Shown here in pieces: positions 46,062 to 54,626 of a stretch of DNA of 64,000 nucleotides. The stretch comes from a virus (Duplodnaviria; Caudoviricetes). Position 1 is the stretch's first letter, and each line of letters starts with the position of its first letter. The translations under genes and the position numbers were made by a program. The notes below the pieces were generated by a model. The model was not told the DNA's origin, did not search any database, and was given only the letters and a program-made list of their open reading frames with translations. The DNA lies in IMG/VR virus record IMGVR_UViG_2835052945_000005, positions 343 to 64,342 of that record; one strand, 5' to 3'.

Positions 46062-46895
46062 ATGGCAGGCAAAACGAGTACCCGTAAAAAATTCCGTGTC
46101 ATGACCTCCGGCACCACCATTGATGGCCGTAGCGTCAGCCGCGATCAAATTCATGCGATGGCGGCGGCATATAACCCGGCGGTTTATGGCGCCCGAGTCA
46201 ATATTGAGCATTATCTGTCGCCATTCCCGGACAGCACATTTTGTGCAATGGGCGATGTGATGGCCCTTTCCGCCGAGGATATCGCTGAAGGGCCATTAAC
46301 AGGCGAAGCGGCATTATTTGCCGAAATTGAACCTACAGACCGCATGAAAACCATGACCGACGATGGGAAAAAGATTTATTCCAGCGTCGAAATTCACCCC
46401 AAATTCTCTCTGACTAACGGCCCGTATCTGGTCGGCCTGGCAATGACTGACACACCGGCCAGCCTGGGAACTGACAAGCTGAAATTTGCCGCTGAAAAAC
46501 GCAGTGAAATTATGCGGTTCAGCGTGGCAGATGCTGTACCAACCATGTTTACCGCAGCTATTGAGGCAGATTTGGTGCAGGCAGAGCAGGTGCGCGCCGA
46601 CTCCGGCAAAGAGTGGTTTTCCCGCGTGATGGGCATCCTGGGTAAAGGCAAGAAAACCGACGATGAGCGATTCAGTCAGGTGCATCAGGCGGTTGAAGTG
46701 GTTGCACAGTCACAGGCCGATTTGAGCGACCAGTTCAGTACCGCAGAGCAGGAACGCGCCAGCAATAAACAGGCCATCGAGAAGCTGACCGCTGATCTGA
46801 CCGCGCTACAACGGAAGCTGGAAACCACGGACGGTAATTTCAGCCGCCGCCCGCCTGCCAGCGGTGGCGACGCCGGTCAACTGGCTGAATTCTAA
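46062..46895 (+). CDS. O: Capsid scaffolding protein/protease
   Basis: SGTTIDGR...YGARVNIEH...YLVGLAMTDTPASLGT. Confidence 0.92.
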   Translation: MAGKTSTRKKFRVMTSGTTIDGRSVSRDQIHAMAAAYNPAVYGARVNIEHYLSPFPDSTFCAMGDVMALSAEDIAEGPLTGEAALFAEIEPTDRMKTMTDDGKKIYSSVEIHPKFSLTNGPYLVGLAMTDTPASLGTDKLKFAAEKRSEIMRFSVADAVPTMFTAAIEADLVQAEQVRADSGKEWFSRVMGILGKGKKTDDERFSQVHQAVEVVAQSQADLSDQFSTAEQERASNKQAIEKLTADLTALQRKLETTDGNFSRRPPASGGDAGQLAEF

Positions 46896-46917
46896 TTCAA
46901 TACGAGAGAACCCAGAC

Positions 46918-47964
46918 ATGAGAAATGACACTCGCAAACTGTTTGATCAGTACGTGTCCCGACAAGCGTCGCTGAATGGCGTCACCGTGGACGCGGTGGC
47001 GGCGCGGTTCAGCGTCGATCCCAGCGTACAGCAAAAGTTGGAAGCGGCAGCACAGGAAAGTGATGCTTTCCTGAAACAAATCAACATATTTGGCGTGAAT
47101 GAACAGATCGGTGAAAAAATCCTGATCGGCAGCAAGGGGCCGTTGGCTGGCGTAAACAACAGCACAACCACGCGCCGCAACCCCGCCCCTAACGACAGCA
47201 TGACGCCTTACGATTATATGTGCCGCAAGGTCAATTACGACTATGCGATCAAATACGCACAGTTGGATGCCTGGGCGCACCGGCCTAATTTCCAGCCGCT
47301 GATCAGCGCGGCGATGACGCGCCAGATGTCGCTTGACCGCATCATGATCGGCTTTAACGGCACCAGTTATGCCGATCCGTCAGACCGCACAGCCAATCCG
47401 CTGTTACAGGATTGCGGGATTGGCTGGTTGCAAAAAATCCGCAACGAGGCATCACACCGCATTATCAGCGGCGTGACCATTACTTCGCGCGACCAGAACA
47501 ACGGCATTATCGCGACCGGCACCTATGGCAACGTGGACGCCGCCGTGTATGACGCGAAAAACAGCCTGATGGATGAGTGGCACAAGCGTAACCCGGATAA
47601 CGTGGTGATCCTGGCCGGTGATCTACTGACAACCAGTAGCTTCCCGACCATTAACGCCATGAGTCAAACCAACCCCAACAGCGAAATGCTGGCCGGTCAG
47701 TTGATTGTGGCCCGCGAACGCGTGGGGAACATGCCGACCTTTATCGCGCCGTACTTTCCGGTCAGCGGCATTCTGATTACGCCGTTTAAAAACCTGTCGC
47801 TGTATTACCAGAACGGCGGGCTGCGCCGCACCATCAAAGAAGAGCCGGAATATAACCGCGTCGCTACCTATCAATCGTCTAACGATGATTTTGTCGTGGA
47901 GGATTACGGCGCCGTGGCATTTATCGACGGCATTACCTTTGCGCAGGCAGAAAACGGCGGTTAA
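46918..47964 (+). CDS. N: Major capsid protein
   Basis: FSVDPSVQQKLE...DRIMIGFNG...NPLLQDCGIGWLQK. Confidence 0.93.
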   Translation: MRNDTRKLFDQYVSRQASLNGVTVDAVAARFSVDPSVQQKLEAAAQESDAFLKQINIFGVNEQIGEKILIGSKGPLAGVNNSTTTRRNPAPNDSMTPYDYMCRKVNYDYAIKYAQLDAWAHRPNFQPLISAAMTRQMSLDRIMIGFNGTSYADPSDRTANPLLQDCGIGWLQKIRNEASHRIISGVTITSRDQNNGIIATGTYGNVDAAVYDAKNSLMDEWHKRNPDNVVILAGDLLTTSSFPTINAMSQTNPNSEMLAGQLIVARERVGNMPTFIAPYFPVSGILITPFKNLSLYYQNGGLRRTIKEEPEYNRVATYQSSNDDFVVEDYGAVAFIDGITFAQAENGG

Positions 47965-48009
47965 TGACACGCAGGCGGGCCATGCCCGCCGCTATTCGGG
48001 GACAGGATA

Positions 48010-48936
48010 ATGCTGACACCGGCACAAAAACATTTTCAAAGGGTCATGGCCGAGCGCCACGGCAACGCGGAAACGCAGACGGACACCGCCCGCACCGCAC
48101 ATGAACAAATTATGCACCGGCTGCGCATGGATCAGAGTGCATTACGCAAAGTGCAGTCCGACCAGGCGAAAGCCGCCATGAAACAGCGGTTGCTGCCACA
48201 GTATGAGGGCTGGATTGACGGAACGATTGAAGGCGACAGCGGGCGACAGGATGAAGTGATTGTCACCCTGATGGTGTGGGCGATCGATGCCGCTGATTAT
48301 CCGCTTGCGGTGCGTATTGGCCGCTATGTGGTTACTCACGGCCTCGCCATGCCAGACCGCTTTAACCGTACTGCGCCGACCGTGTTGGTTGAAGAAATCT
48401 GCGATCCGATTCTGATACAGGTGAAAGCCGACGACACCACCGATATTTCCACCTATCTGACCGTGTTGAATGACGTCGCCCAGATTGTTGACGGTAAAGA
48501 CATGCCGGATCAGGTGCGCGCCAAACTGTTTAAAACCCGCGCCTTTGCGCTGCGCAGCGGAACCGAAACCGACCAGGTGATGGCGCTGGAATACCTGCGC
48601 GAGGCGTTAAAGCTGGATGCGGGCGCGGGTGTGAAGAAAGAAATCGAACGCCTGGCGCGTCTGGTTAAGAAAGCCAGCCAAGCCGTTGATGCAGAGGGTG
48701 GAACTGATGCAGGTAACGGGGAGGATGCCGGTAATAGTGCCAATAGTGCCGGGGATGCAACCGAAGGCGCGACGGCTGACGGAAACGCTGAAGCATCGTC
48801 AAATGCGGCAGTGGTGGCCACGGCAACGAATAAGACCTCAACCCGAAAAACAACACGCAAAACGGCGGCGACAGCCAGGAAAACAACGACCCGCAAGGCT
48901 GTGGCTAAGAAAACCGCGACCGAAAAAACCGAATAA
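48010..48936 (+). CDS. M: Terminase endonuclease subunit with long low-complexity C-tail
   Basis: MLTPAQKHFQRV...AGVKKEIERL. Confidence 0.9.
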   Translation: MLTPAQKHFQRVMAERHGNAETQTDTARTAHEQIMHRLRMDQSALRKVQSDQAKAAMKQRLLPQYEGWIDGTIEGDSGRQDEVIVTLMVWAIDAADYPLAVRIGRYVVTHGLAMPDRFNRTAPTVLVEEICDPILIQVKADDTTDISTYLTVLNDVAQIVDGKDMPDQVRAKLFKTRAFALRSGTETDQVMALEYLREALKLDAGAGVKKEIERLARLVKKASQAVDAEGGTDAGNGEDAGNSANSAGDATEGATADGNAEASSNAAVVATATNKTSTRKTTRKTAATARKTTTRKAVAKKTATEKTE

Positions 48937-49038
48937 ACGACTTGCGCCCCGTGCGCTGGCGGCGCGGGCGGAGATCTGCAACGTATCGCGGGTGCTTTTC
49001 TCCACTCGCTCACCGCCAACCTTTAAGGAGATTGGGCT

Positions 49039-49536
49039 ATGAGCTTTGTTGCCGGACGAATCGTCACCGCCGCCGCTGACGATGTGCCTGATACCGATGA
49101 TAACGGCGAGAGAATTAGCGCTGGCGCGTTCTGGCCGGAGATCTCGCTAAGTGATGTCCGCATGGAAATGCGCATTAACGGCGCAGTGACGACAACCCGG
49201 CTAAAGCACGTTGTGATCGAGGCTGTCGCGCATGTCACTGACCAGTTAGCGAAGTGGCAAGCCGACCAGTCGAGCGCTGGTTATGCATCGCTCGCTCTCA
49301 TCCCTGCGGCGCAGATAAACGGTGAAAGCGTGAAGGTATATCGCTACCGCCGCGCGGTGTTCAGCATCGCCCGCGCGCTGCTTATTGAGAACTACCGCGA
49401 CGTTGATACGACCGGCGATGCGGGCGAGAAACACGCTAGCGCGTTGACCTTGCAAGCGGCGGATCTGTGGCGTGATGCGCGCTGGGCGATTTCCGACATT
49501 ATTGGCGCTGTGCGCAATCTTGCGGAGACGTTTTAG
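49039..49536 (+). CDS. L: Head completion protein
   Basis: FWPEISL...YRRAVF...RWAISDI. Confidence 0.9.
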   Translation: MSFVAGRIVTAAADDVPDTDDNGERISAGAFWPEISLSDVRMEMRINGAVTTTRLKHVVIEAVAHVTDQLAKWQADQSSAGYASLALIPAAQINGESVKVYRYRRAVFSIARALLIENYRDVDTTGDAGEKHASALTLQAADLWRDARWAISDIIGAVRNLAETF

Positions 49537-49736
49537 TGAAAGTGAAAGCGCTACAGGGCGATACCGTCGACCAACTGTGTTACCGGCATTACGGACGCAC
49601 GGAAGGCGTAACCGAGGCGGTGATTGCCGCCAACCCCGGCCTGAGTGGTCAATTATTTCTGGCTGCGGGTCAGTCAGTCGAAATGCCGGATAGCGTTGAG
49701 GCCGAAGAGCCGCAGACCATCCAGCTTTGGAGCTAA
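49536..49736 (+). CDS. X: Tail protein X
   Basis: KALQGDTVDQLCYRHYG...IQLWS. Confidence 0.92.
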   Translation: MKVKALQGDTVDQLCYRHYGRTEGVTEAVIAANPGLSGQLFLAAGQSVEMPDSVEAEEPQTIQLWS

Positions 49737-49738
49737 TT

Positions 49739-50050
49739 GTGAATGAAGCGGAAAAAAGTGTCGTCACGCTGTTTGTTATCGGCGTGTTGATAGCGGTGGG
49801 AAAAGTATTAGCCGGTGGTGAACCGATCACCTTGAGGTTATTTATCGGGCGCATGTTGTTGGGCGGGTTTGTATCAATGGTGGCCGGTGTGGTGCTGGTT
49901 CAGTTTCCGAATCTGCCGCTTACAGCCATATGCGGCATTGGCTCCATGCTGGGGATTGCCGGTTACCAAACCATTGAGTTACTGATCCGACGGCGTGCCA
50001 ATCAATTGGGAAAGAAAAACGATGAGGCAAGCGGGGGCGAGAATGGCTAA
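49739..50050 (+). CDS. Holin
   Basis: Three TM segments, basic C-terminus, before endolysin; GTG start. Confidence 0.82.
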   Translation: MNEAEKSVVTLFVIGVLIAVGKVLAGGEPITLRLFIGRMLLGGFVSMVAGVVLVQFPNLPLTAICGIGSMLGIAGYQTIELLIRRRANQLGKKNDEASGGENG

Positions 50051-50531
50051 CCATCCGAATGTTATTGCATTTCTTGACATGCTGGCCTTTTCGGAAGGCA
50101 CGGCCTATCACTCGCTGACGCGTAATTGTGGCTATGACGTGATCGTGACCGGCATGGATGGCAAGCCGGAGGTTTTTACCGACTACAGCGATCACCCTTT
50201 TGCCTCTGGGCGACCAGGCAAGGTATTCAACAAACAAGGGCAGCGATCAACGGCGTCCGGGCGTTACCAACAGCTTTACTGGTACTGGCCGCATTACAAG
50301 GCGCGGTTGGCATTACCGGATTTCAGCCCCGAATCACAGGATAGGCTGGCGATACAACTGATCACTGAACGCGGCGCGCTGAATGATGTGATCGCCGGAC
50401 GGTTTGACCGCGCCGTATCGAAGTGCCGGAACATCTGGGCGTCGTTACCGGGCGCCGGATATGGACAGCGTGAGCATAACCTTGATCGCCTGCTGGTTGC
50501 CTATCGGCAGGCAGGCGGGCAAATCGCATGA
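50043..50531 (+). CDS. Endolysin, lambda R-type transglycosylase
   Basis: AFLDMLAFSEGT, STASGRYQQL, DFSPESQD, IWASLPGAGYGQ. Confidence 0.92.
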   Translation: MANHPNVIAFLDMLAFSEGTAYHSLTRNCGYDVIVTGMDGKPEVFTDYSDHPFASGRPGKVFNKQGQRSTASGRYQQLYWYWPHYKARLALPDFSPESQDRLAIQLITERGALNDVIAGRFDRAVSKCRNIWASLPGAGYGQREHNLDRLLVAYRQAGGQIA

Positions 50532-50977
50532 AGACGGCGCTGATTATTGGCGCAGCAGTCTTGCTGCTGCTATCCGGTCTGGGCGTGCAATCGCTGCGAC
50601 TCAATCATGCGCAACAACTGAATGACCAGCAGAGCAAGGCGCTCAAACAGCAGCAGGATGCGCTGAACGAAAAAAATAACCAACTGGATGCGTTGGCTGG
50701 CCAGTTGAAACGCAGTGATGAAGAACAGGCGCGACTGCGTGAGTTGGCAGCAAAAAATCACGCGGCATTGTCCGACAGGCAGAAACTGATCGAGAGGTTA
50801 AAACGTGAGAATCAAGAGCTTAAGCGTTGGGCTGACACTCCTTTGCCTGCTGATATTGTCAGGCTGCGCCAGCGTCCCGGCTTCAACGGCGGTAGTGCTT
50901 ACCGTAAATGGTTGTCCGAAGCTGACGCCGTGCCGGTTTCCGGCATCCAGTCCGCAGACCAACGGCGAACTGAATAA
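50528..50977 (+). CDS. lysB: Inner-membrane spanin
   Basis: TM plus coiled coil, ENQELKRWADTPLPADIVRL. Confidence 0.88.
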   Translation: MKTALIIGAAVLLLLSGLGVQSLRLNHAQQLNDQQSKALKQQQDALNEKNNQLDALAGQLKRSDEEQARLRELAAKNHAALSDRQKLIERLKRENQELKRWADTPLPADIVRLRQRPGFNGGSAYRKWLSEADAVPVSGIQSADQRRTE

Positions 50978-51092
50978 CCAGCTTGATGAAACAGAAGCGG
51001 CCCTGGCTGACTGTGCCGATCAGGTTGATATCACTATCGCCTGTCAGGATCGCGCAGATGCGCCGACAGGATTAAATCAGAAGCGGGAATAA
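50805..51092 (+). CDS. lysC: Outer-membrane spanin lipoprotein
   Basis: Lipobox LSGC; GCPKLTPC...NGEL...ALADCADQVD. Confidence 0.82.
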   Translation: MRIKSLSVGLTLLCLLILSGCASVPASTAVVLTVNGCPKLTPCRFPASSPQTNGELNNQLDETEAALADCADQVDITIACQDRADAPTGLNQKRE

Positions 51093-51102
51093 GGGTTAAA
51101 CA

Positions 51103-51564
51103 ATGCTAAAGGCTGAATCATTGCGCGCAGCGCTGACAGAAAAAAACCGTTGGTGCAAAGCCAACCCGGAGGGCGTAACCGTCTGGGTGGAAAAAGGCTC
51201 TATTGAAATAGCCGGTGATGATAGCTCTTTCATGTACCGCTATCCGATCAGCGTTTTTGCAATGGACTACCCTGGCAATATTGACGACCTCACATTGCCG
51301 ATCCTCGACTGGATTCGTGTTAATCAGCCCGACCTACTATTGAATCCCGATAAAAACAAACTGATTGAATTCGATGCGGATATTGCCAACGACGACACCG
51401 CAGACGTGCTGTTTAAAATCCCCGTATGGGAGCGAGTGATCGTCACGCGCGACGAGGACGGCGCGGTGACCGCCGAACATTTGGCTGAACCTCGCCCGCG
51501 TCTGGCGGGTGGCGAATGGGACGCAGTTTTTGAAGGTGAAATGACGCAAGAGGCCCGGTCATGA
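51103..51564 (+). CDS. R: Tail completion protein
   Basis: MLKAESLRAALT...WIRVNQPDLL...ERVIV. Confidence 0.88.
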   Translation: MLKAESLRAALTEKNRWCKANPEGVTVWVEKGSIEIAGDDSSFMYRYPISVFAMDYPGNIDDLTLPILDWIRVNQPDLLLNPDKNKLIEFDADIANDDTADVLFKIPVWERVIVTRDEDGAVTAEHLAEPRPRLAGGEWDAVFEGEMTQEARS

Positions 51565-52199
51565 GCAACAACGATACCCTGTTTCATCAGCTTGATGAGG
51601 TATTTAACGGCATCCTGGCGGGAATGTCCGCACAGGGGCGCCGCGCATCAGCCAGGGCTATCGCGATCTCTCTGCGCCGCAGCCAGCAACAGCGCATTAC
51701 GCGGCAGCAGAACCCGGACGGATCGCAGTATGAGAAGCGCCGCCGTAAGGTGCTGCGCTCGCAGGCCGGGATCAGCTTTGTCTGGAACGATGAAACACGC
51801 CGCCTGAAAAACTGGCGTGCTACCCGTGGAAAACGTGGGCGAATGCTGACCGGTTTCGATGAGGATCGCGGGGCTATACGCTCATTTTATCGCGCCGACA
51901 TAGCGCGCTATCTCAATATCAATTTTGCTCAAACCAAAAAGGATACGACAAAAGCCGATCCGATGTTCCGCCGTCTCAGAACAGCCAAATGGCTGCGCAC
52001 TAAAGCAGATGCGGCAGGCGCCACGATCGGATTTTCAGGCGTCGCCGCCCGCATTGCCCGCGCGCATCAGTTAGGACTGAAAGATAAAGTCGGCGGCAAT
52101 GCCTCCGTGACGTACCCGCGCCGCGTGCTGCTTGGCCTGAGCGAAGCAGACCGGCGGATCATCGCCGAGAAAATGATTGAATCTATGAGGTTGTCATGA
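51561..52199 (+). CDS. S: Tail completion/virion morphogenesis protein
   Basis: RSQQQRITRQQNPDGS...ARAHQLG...YPRRVLLG. Confidence 0.88.
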   Translation: MSNNDTLFHQLDEVFNGILAGMSAQGRRASARAIAISLRRSQQQRITRQQNPDGSQYEKRRRKVLRSQAGISFVWNDETRRLKNWRATRGKRGRMLTGFDEDRGAIRSFYRADIARYLNINFAQTKKDTTKADPMFRRLRTAKWLRTKADAAGATIGFSGVAARIARAHQLGLKDKVGGNASVTYPRRVLLGLSEADRRIIAEKMIESMRLS

Positions 52200-52777
52200 C
52201 TGCTGAACTATTCCGGTTGCTGGGGAATGTGCTGCGGGTCGGCACGGTGACAGAAATAGACGTGGACGATTGGCGAGTCCGTGTCAATTCGGGGGAATTG
52301 AACACGGATTGGTTACGTTGGCAAGCGACACGCGCAGGCGCTTTCAGTATCTGGCTCCCGCCGTCCGTAGGCGAACAGGTTTTGCTCGGCTGTATCGGCG
52401 GGAACCCTGAAACCGCCGTCATTCTCGGCAGTCTGTACAGCGGTGAAAACCCGGCGCCGGGCAGCAGTATCAATGAAATGGTAATCAAAGCCCCGGACGG
52501 TGCGACGATTCGATATGACGCCGCCGCCAGCGCGTTGGAAGCCAGCGGAATGAAAACAGCGCGCATTGTCGCATCAGTTGGCGTAACGCTGGAAACCCCG
52601 GTTGTTGAATGCACTGAGCATCTTGTTGCAAAAACCTTTTCATTCACTGAGGGCGGGGAAATGCAAGGCGATGTTAATCATTCAGGCGGCGCGTTTAAGT
52701 CAAACGGAGTGCAGGTTGACGATCACGATCACGGCGGCGTAGAGAGTGGGCCAAGCTGGACGGTGGGCATAAGATGA
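52196..52777 (+). CDS. V: Baseplate spike
   Basis: PSVGEQV...PDGATIRYD...HDHGGVESG. Confidence 0.92.
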   Translation: MTAELFRLLGNVLRVGTVTEIDVDDWRVRVNSGELNTDWLRWQATRAGAFSIWLPPSVGEQVLLGCIGGNPETAVILGSLYSGENPAPGSSINEMVIKAPDGATIRYDAAASALEASGMKTARIVASVGVTLETPVVECTEHLVAKTFSFTEGGEMQGDVNHSGGAFKSNGVQVDDHDHGGVESGPSWTVGIR

Positions 52778-53142
52778 GCGCTCGCTATAAGGGTATGAAT
52801 CCGTCCGGTACGGGAACGCTGACAGACAGCGATCACCTGTGGCAGTCCGTGCGCGACATATTGACCACGCCAATCGGCTCCAGGGTGATGCGCCGTGATT
52901 ATGGTTCGATCGTGCCTGATTTGATTGACGCGCCTCAGAACGAAGTTACACGTATGCAGTTAATGAGCGCCGCGGTTATTGCGTTAACACGCTGGGAGCC
53001 GCGGATCGCCCTGGACACGGTAGATATTACCTATTCCGCATCCGGTCAGGTTGAGGCGAGATTACACGGACTCATCACCGAAACGATGGAATCAGACAGC
53101 GGAACGGTAACGATAAAAGGGGGTAACAGTGGCAACGGTTGA
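52774..53142 (+). CDS. W: Baseplate wedge protein
   Basis: QSVRDILTTPIGSRVMRRDYGS...WEPRI. Confidence 0.92.
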   Translation: MSARYKGMNPSGTGTLTDSDHLWQSVRDILTTPIGSRVMRRDYGSIVPDLIDAPQNEVTRMQLMSAAVIALTRWEPRIALDTVDITYSASGQVEARLHGLITETMESDSGTVTIKGGNSGNG

Positions 53143-54025
53143 TTTATCGCAGTTACCCCAGCCGCAGATCATTGAAGTGCTGGACTTTGAAGTGATTTTG
53201 CAGGACGTGAAAGTGGTCATGATCGCTGCCTTTCCTGCTGACCAGCAAACATCTGTTGCTGCCGCGCTTGAACTGGAGTCAGAGCCATTGAACCAGATTG
53301 CGCAAGTGGTCGCCTATCGGGAAATGATGCTACGCCAGCGGATTAATGAAGGTGCCGCCGCCTGTATGTTAAGCCATGCCGTATCAAGTGACCTGGATAA
53401 CCTGGCGGTAAACCTGAATACAGCACGGTTGATCATTACTGACGCCACGGAAACGGCTGATGCAGTGATGGAAGGCGACGACGCATTTCGCCTGCGTGCA
53501 CAAGCGGCGTTTGAAGGTCTTAGCGTGGCCGGGCCAACGGCGGCATATGAATATTTTGCTAAGAGTGCGAACGGAAAAGTCAAAGACGCTAAAGCGATTA
53601 GCCCGTCACCGGCTGCGGTGGTTGTATCGGTGCTTTCTTCCGAGGGGAACGGCGGCGCATCTGCTGAATTGCTGGCTACCGTTGAAGCGGCGCTTTCTGC
53701 CGAGGATAAGCGACCGGTCGGTGACCGGTTGACCGTGCAGAGCGCGGAGATCGTCAGTTATCAGATTAACGCCCTGCTTTACCTTTACCCCGGCCCGGAA
53801 TCAGAGCCGATCCACAACGCGGCACAACAGGCGCTGGGATCGTGGATCAGTGAACAAGGGAAAATTGGGCGTGATGTGGCCCGCTCGGCAATCATGGCGG
53901 CGCTGCATGTGCAGGGTGTGCAGCGTGTTGAACTGCTGGAGCCTGCGGCGGATATCGTTATCAGCGATACCCAGGCGGGATACTGCCAAGCCTTCACCCT
54001 AGAAGACGGGGGTACGGATGAGTAA
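53129..54025 (+). CDS. J: Baseplate protein J
   Basis: VDLSQLPQPQIIE...FEGLSVAGPTAAY...RPVGDRLTV. Confidence 0.93.
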   Translation: MATVDLSQLPQPQIIEVLDFEVILQDVKVVMIAAFPADQQTSVAAALELESEPLNQIAQVVAYREMMLRQRINEGAAACMLSHAVSSDLDNLAVNLNTARLIITDATETADAVMEGDDAFRLRAQAAFEGLSVAGPTAAYEYFAKSANGKVKDAKAISPSPAAVVVSVLSSEGNGGASAELLATVEAALSAEDKRPVGDRLTVQSAEIVSYQINALLYLYPGPESEPIHNAAQQALGSWISEQGKIGRDVARSAIMAALHVQGVQRVELLEPAADIVISDTQAGYCQAFTLEDGGTDE

Positions 54026-54626
54026 TAGCCTGCTGCCGCTTTCTGCCAGCGGTTTTATGCGCCATGTGGCGACGGGGGCCAGCCGCCTTAGCCGTCTGCC
54101 AGTCGATCTCAATACGTTGTGGAACGCGGATAAATGTCCGGTCGAACTGCTGCCCTATCTGGCCTGGGCGCTATCCGTTGATCGCTGGGACAAACGCTGG
54201 TCGGAGCAAACCAAACGCCAGGTAATTAAGGCAGCATGGCTGGTACACCGTCAAAAGGGAACTATCGCCGCCATACGGCGTGCAATAGAGCCGTTTGGCT
54301 ATCTCGTTCGTGTTATTGAATGGTTCCAGAACGGCGGAGAGCCAGGCACTTTTCAACTTGCTGTTGGTGTTAATGAACAAGGTATTACCGACGAAATTTA
54401 CCGGGAGTTGGAACAGCTTATTGAACAGGCAAAACCCTGTTCACGCCACCTCACAGCACTGTCTATCAACCTTGACGTTAACGGCGTGATAACCGCCGGG
54501 GCCGTAGGGTATTTGGGCGATGAACTAACCGTTTACCCATACATGCCGCAAGTTATCAGCGCCACCGGGTTAACCATGGTCGGCGCCAGCATTCACATCA
54601 TCGACAATATGAGCGTAACCGCATGA
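54018..54626 (+). CDS. I: Baseplate protein I
   Basis: CPVELLPYLAWALSVDRWD...HRQKGTIAA. Confidence 0.93.
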   Translation: MSNSLLPLSASGFMRHVATGASRLSRLPVDLNTLWNADKCPVELLPYLAWALSVDRWDKRWSEQTKRQVIKAAWLVHRQKGTIAAIRRAIEPFGYLVRVIEWFQNGGEPGTFQLAVGVNEQGITDEIYRELEQLIEQAKPCSRHLTALSINLDVNGVITAGAVGYLGDELTVYPYMPQVISATGLTMVGASIHIIDNMSVTA

